From assembly GCA_964645205.1 (NCBI GenBank), contig CAZYBO010000006.1, positions 892-64,891 of the forward strand: a DNA stretch of 64,000 nt. Reading direction: 5' to 3'. Of the stretch, positions 60,545-64,000 are shown in pieces. The notes beneath the pieces are model-generated. The model did not search any database. It worked only from the letters and a program-made list of their open reading frames with translations, and had not been told where the DNA came from. Made by a program: the position numbers and the translations under genes. Numbering within the stretch: the stretch's first letter is position 1; each line of letters starts with the position of its first letter. The stretch comes from an uncultured Rickettsiales bacterium. Its GTDB lineage: Bacteria > Pseudomonadota > Alphaproteobacteria > Rickettsiales > SXRF01.

Positions 60545-62767
60545 ATGCATAATACCGCCGCCGCGAAAAAACCTGCCATCACCCCTGAAATCGTTGCCGA
60601 ACACGGCCTGACGCCTGACGAATATCAGCGCGTGCTGAAAGTGATGGGGCGCGAACCGAACCTTGTCGAGCTGGGGATTTTCTCAGTGATGTGGAGCGAG
60701 CATTGCTCCTATAAAACTACGCGCAAACATCTGCGCGGATTGCCCACCGAAGCGCCGCACGTTATCTGCGGCCCCGGCGAAAATGCGGGCGTCATCGACA
60801 TCGGCGACGGACAGGCGGCGATTTTCAAAATGGAATCGCACAACCACCCCTCTTTTATCGAACCGTTTCAGGGCGCGGCCACCGGCGTGGGCGGCATTTT
60901 GCGCGACGTGTTCACCATGGGCGCGCGCCCGATCGCCAACATGAACGCGCTGCGCTTCGGCTCGCCCGATCATCCGAAAACGAAATATCTGGTGTCGGGC
61001 GTCGTCGCAGGCATCGGCTCATACGGCAATTGCGTGGGCGTGCCCACCGTCGGCGGCGAATGCACGTTCCATCCGTCTTACAACGGCAATATTCTCGTCA
61101 ACGCCATGACGGTGGGCATCGCCAACACCGACAAGATTTTTTATTCCGCCGCGGCAGGCATCGGCAACCCGGTGATCTATGTCGGCAGCAAAACCGGACG
61201 CGACGGTATTCACGGCGCGACGATGGCATCGGCGGAATTCGGCGAGGATTCGGAAGAAAAACGCCCCACCGTGCAGGTCGGCGACCCGTTCACCGAAAAA
61301 CTGCTAATCGAAGCGTGCTTAGAATTGATGGCTACCGACGCGATCATCGCGATTCAGGATATGGGCGCGGCAGGCCTCACCAGCTCTTCGCTGGAGATGG
61401 CGGGCAAAGGCAATTGCGGCATCGAAATGCATCTCGACAAAGTGCCCATGCGCGAGGAAGGCATGACGCCGTACGAAATCATGCTCTCCGAATCGCAGGA
61501 GCGCATGCTCATGGTCATCAAGCCTGAAAAAGAAGCGCTCGCGCGCAGTATTTTCGAGAAGTGGGAACTCGCGTTCGCCACTATCGGCACCATTACCGAT
61601 ACCGGCCATATCGTGCTGAAGATGCACGGTGAAACAGTGGCCGATATGCCCATCGCGCCGGTTTCCACGGATGCGCCGGTCTATGACAGACCGTATGAGA
61701 TTAAGCGGTCAGCGGTCATCGGTCAGCGGTCAGAAGAAGAGTTGCGCGACCTGATACTTGCTGAACGCCGACCGCTGACCGCTTCTCTCCTTACCCTCAT
61801 CTCCTGCCCCGACCTCGCCTCTAAACGCTGGATCTGGGAACAGTACGATCACATGGTCGGTAACGACACCGTGGCGCGTCCCGGCGGTGATGCGGCGGTA
61901 GTGCGCGTACACGGCACGAACAAGGCGCTGGCGATCACCACTGACTGCACACCGCGCTATTGCTACGCCGACCCCATCGAAGGCGGAAAGCAGGCGGTAG
62001 CGGAGACATGGCGAAATTTGACGGCCGTGGGCGCGACGCCGCTTGCGATCACCAATTGCCTCAATTTCGGAAACCCCGAAAAACCGGAGATCATGGGACA
62101 GATCGTGGGCTGCTTGCAGGGCATGGGCGAAGCGTGCCGCGCGCTCGAATACCCGATCATCTCCGGCAACGTGTCGTTGTATAATGAAACCGGCGGCAAA
62201 GGTATCCTGCCTACTCCTGCCATCGGCGGCGTGGGTATATTGCGCGATCTGAGCAAGCGCGTGGGCAACAGCTTTGCCGCAAACGGCGAAACCATCCTGC
62301 TCATCGGCGAAACCAAAGGGCATCTCAGTTGCTCGCTCTACGCACGTGAAATTCTAGGCCGCGAAGACGGCGCACCACCACCGGTCGATCTCACCGCCGA
62401 AAAGAAAAACGGCGACTTCGTACGCGGATTGATCGAAAGCGGAATGATCACCGCCTGCCACGATATTTCCGACGGCGGGCTGCTCGTCGCACTCGCAGAA
62501 ATGACGTATAAAAATGGCACAGGTGCGACACTGAGCGCAGAAGGCGATGCGGGATTCTGGTTCGGCGAAGATCAGGCGCGTTACATTGTAACCGCTTCCG
62601 CTTCGCAGGCAGATGCCATTTGCAAGCAAGCAAAAAACAAAGCGATTAGCGTAATCACGCTGGGCACCACCGGCGGAAATCAACTGCAGATAGCAAACAA
62701 TACGACTATTGCTACCAGCGATTTGCATCGCGTGCATGAATCGTGGTTACCTGCTTACATGGCGTGA
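60545..62767 (+). CDS. purL: Phosphoribosylformylglycinamidine synthase subunit PurL (FGAM synthase II)
   Basis: Motifs [33 protein letters not shown] and [11 protein letters not shown]. Confidence 0.95.
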   Translation: MHNTAAAKKPAITPEIVAEHGLTPDEYQRVLKVMGREPNLVELGIFSVMWSEHCSYKTTRKHLRGLPTEAPHVICGPGENAGVIDIGDGQAAIFKMESHNHPSFIEPFQGAATGVGGILRDVFTMGARPIANMNALRFGSPDHPKTKYLVSGVVAGIGSYGNCVGVPTVGGECTFHPSYNGNILVNAMTVGIANTDKIFYSAAAGIGNPVIYVGSKTGRDGIHGATMASAEFGEDSEEKRPTVQVGDPFTEKLLIEACLELMATDAIIAIQDMGAAGLTSSSLEMAGKGNCGIEMHLDKVPMREEGMTPYEIMLSESQERMLMVIKPEKEALARSIFEKWELAFATIGTITDTGHIVLKMHGETVADMPIAPVSTDAPVYDRPYEIKRSAVIGQRSEEELRDLILAERRPLTASLLTLISCPDLASKRWIWEQYDHMVGNDTVARPGGDAAVVRVHGTNKALAITTDCTPRYCYADPIEGGKQAVAETWRNLTAVGATPLAITNCLNFGNPEKPEIMGQIVGCLQGMGEACRALEYPIISGNVSLYNETGGKGILPTPAIGGVGILRDLSKRVGNSFAANGETILLIGETKGHLSCSLYAREILGREDGAPPPVDLTAEKKNGDFVRGLIESGMITACHDISDGGLLVALAEMTYKNGTGATLSAEGDAGFWFGEDQARYIVTASASQADAICKQAKNKAISVITLGTTGGNQLQIANNTTIATSDLHRVHESWLPAYMA
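61704..61783. repeat. Inverted tandem-heptamer hairpin element inside the purL linker
   Basis: AGCGGTC AGCGGTC ATCGGTC AGCGGTC (61704-61731), a 31-nt spacer, then GAACGCC GACCGCT GACCGCT (61763-61783). Encodes [28 protein letters not shown]. Confidence 0.7.
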
Positions 62768-62850
62768 TGTCATTCACATTTCTTTAATGCATATGGGCTA
62801 ACGCTATATTCAAAGGCCGTTGTCATCACCTTTAATATAGGAATATTTCC

Positions 62851-64000
62851 GTGAATCTTACTCTTGCAAAAAAGATCCCCCTCGCCATCACAGCTACTGC
62901 GCTTATTACCAGCGGCATACTTGCTGCAATCTCAAATCGTGCGATGGAAAACGAAACGAAGCACGAAATCGCCTTAATGATGCAAGACGGCAGCGTTCAA
63001 AGAAAAAGAATGCTTGAGTTATATTTTGAGTCGATCGTAGGTGACTTGCATACGATTGCGGATAATCCGCTCGTTATCAATGCTGCCAAGGAATTCTCCA
63101 ACGCCTACGCAGAAATCGGACCGAACGCCACGAGCTACCTGCAAAACGCATACATCGCAAAAAACCCTAACCCGACAGGTAAAAAGCATTTGCTCGACGC
63201 CGCCGATGACGGCAGCAAATATAGCGCGCTTCATGCAAAGTATCACCCGTATTTACGCGAATTCCTCGAAGAGCATAATTACTACGATGTCTTTATCGTG
63301 GATGCGCAGGGCGATGTCGTATACACCGTATTCAAAGAGCTCGACTACGCCACCAACCTGAAAAACGGGCAATGGAAAGATACCGATCTCGCTAAGGTTT
63401 ATACCGCAATTATGGCGCAAAAAGATGCTGAAGAAATCTCGTATGTCGATTTCAAGCCTTACGCTCCCAGCGCCGATGTTCCCGCAAGTTTCATCGGCCG
63501 CCCGATCGAAGCTGAAGATGGAAAGTTTGTAGGCGCGCTGATCTACCAGATGCCTGTGGCTAAGGTGGACGCCATGCTTTCCGATACCAACGGCCTCGGG
63601 GAAACGGGCAAAATGATCGTCGTGGGCGAGGATTACCTTGCGCGCAATAACATTCGCTTCGCCAAGGAACCTACCCTGCTGAAGCTCAAGCTGGACAACA
63701 ATGCCGTAAAAGAAGCGCTTGCAGGAAAAAGCGGCGTAGATATGGATGCCCGTAACGAAGTCGGCACCCCCGTTATTTATGCCTATTCCGCCCTTGAATT
63801 CAAGGGAGCTAAATTCGCTTTCATTATGGAAAAAGCACAGGAAGAAGTATTCGCTGCCGCAAATGCAGCGCGCAACGAGTTGCTCATCTATATTGCCGGA
63901 GTTGTCGTTATTTTAAGCGCGGGCGGTATTCTGTTCGCGCGTAGCATAAGCTCCCCGATTACCAGGCTTACCTCTGCAATGCGTAAAGTCGCTGACGGTG
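62851..64000 (+). CDS. Methyl-accepting chemotaxis protein, 3'-truncated by the window edge (TM1, Cache-like periplasmic domain, TM2, start of HAMP)
   Basis: GTG start after AGGAA (62839-62843), with an in-frame TAA at 62833. Frame is open to the window end and is absent from the ORF track because it has no stop. TM1 is IPLAITATALITSGILAAI. Cache-like motif YYDVFIVDAQGDVVYTVFKELDYATNL. TM2 is LLIYIAGVVVILSAGGILFA, followed by RSISSPITRLTSAMRKVADG. Confidence 0.8.
   Translation, partial: MNLTLAKKIPLAITATALITSGILAAISNRAMENETKHEIALMMQDGSVQRKRMLELYFESIVGDLHTIADNPLVINAAKEFSNAYAEIGPNATSYLQNAYIAKNPNPTGKKHLLDAADDGSKYSALHAKYHPYLREFLEEHNYYDVFIVDAQGDVVYTVFKELDYATNLKNGQWKDTDLAKVYTAIMAQKDAEEISYVDFKPYAPSADVPASFIGRPIEAEDGKFVGALIYQMPVAKVDAMLSDTNGLGETGKMIVVGEDYLARNNIRFAKEPTLLKLKLDNNAVKEALAGKSGVDMDARNEVGTPVIYAYSALEFKGAKFAFIMEKAQEEVFAAANAARNELLIYIAGVVVILSAGGILFARSISSPITRLTSAMRKVADG

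Noticed and set aside
60331-60552. 73-aa + strand ORF overlapping the purL start
   Set aside because: No RBS, a Ser/Thr/Arg/Asn-rich product, and it reads through the purL initiation region out of frame. The alternative 58-aa frame with an RBS is reported instead, at low confidence.

Overview
Visibly GC-rich chromosomal segment (GC not computed) with alphaproteobacterial gene content and order. The core, about 30.1-50.0 kb on the minus strand, is a complete dcw cell-division/cell-wall cluster: mraZ-rsmH-ftsL-ftsI-murE-murF-mraY-murD-X-ftsW-Y-murG-murC-murB-ddl-ftsQ-ftsA-Z-ftsZ. It is followed by lpxC-bamD-recN-ligA-prmA. Flanking housekeeping genes are tsaE-amgK-murU, cheY-cheZ, pirin, tRNA-Thr, an amino-acid permease, znuA, pepP, rpsD, rluD, dctA, a TPP decarboxylase, bolA/grxD, cupredoxin-FTR1, purL and a 3'-truncated MCP. 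I saw no rRNA, CRISPR array, transposase or integrase. Most interesting, in order:
(1) An orphan reverse transcriptase with all palm motifs and a YGDD catalytic box. It overlaps a ~12-TM, 652-aa membrane protein and ends 45 nt from tRNA-Thr. A prepilin-like gene and another unknown membrane protein lie upstream on the same strand.
(2) Three non-canonical genes (X, Y, Z) inside the dcw cluster. Two of them join their neighbours through ATGA/TAATG overlaps.
(3) Two hairpin elements built from inverted tandem-heptamer arrays, both inside coding sequence (murG 3' end and the purL linker).
(4) A sharply AT-rich patch replacing the adenylation-domain core of ligA.
(5) A four-gene cluster of Gly/Ala-rich membrane proteins that share a promoter motif.
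Functional calls come from motifs read by eye. No searches were run.
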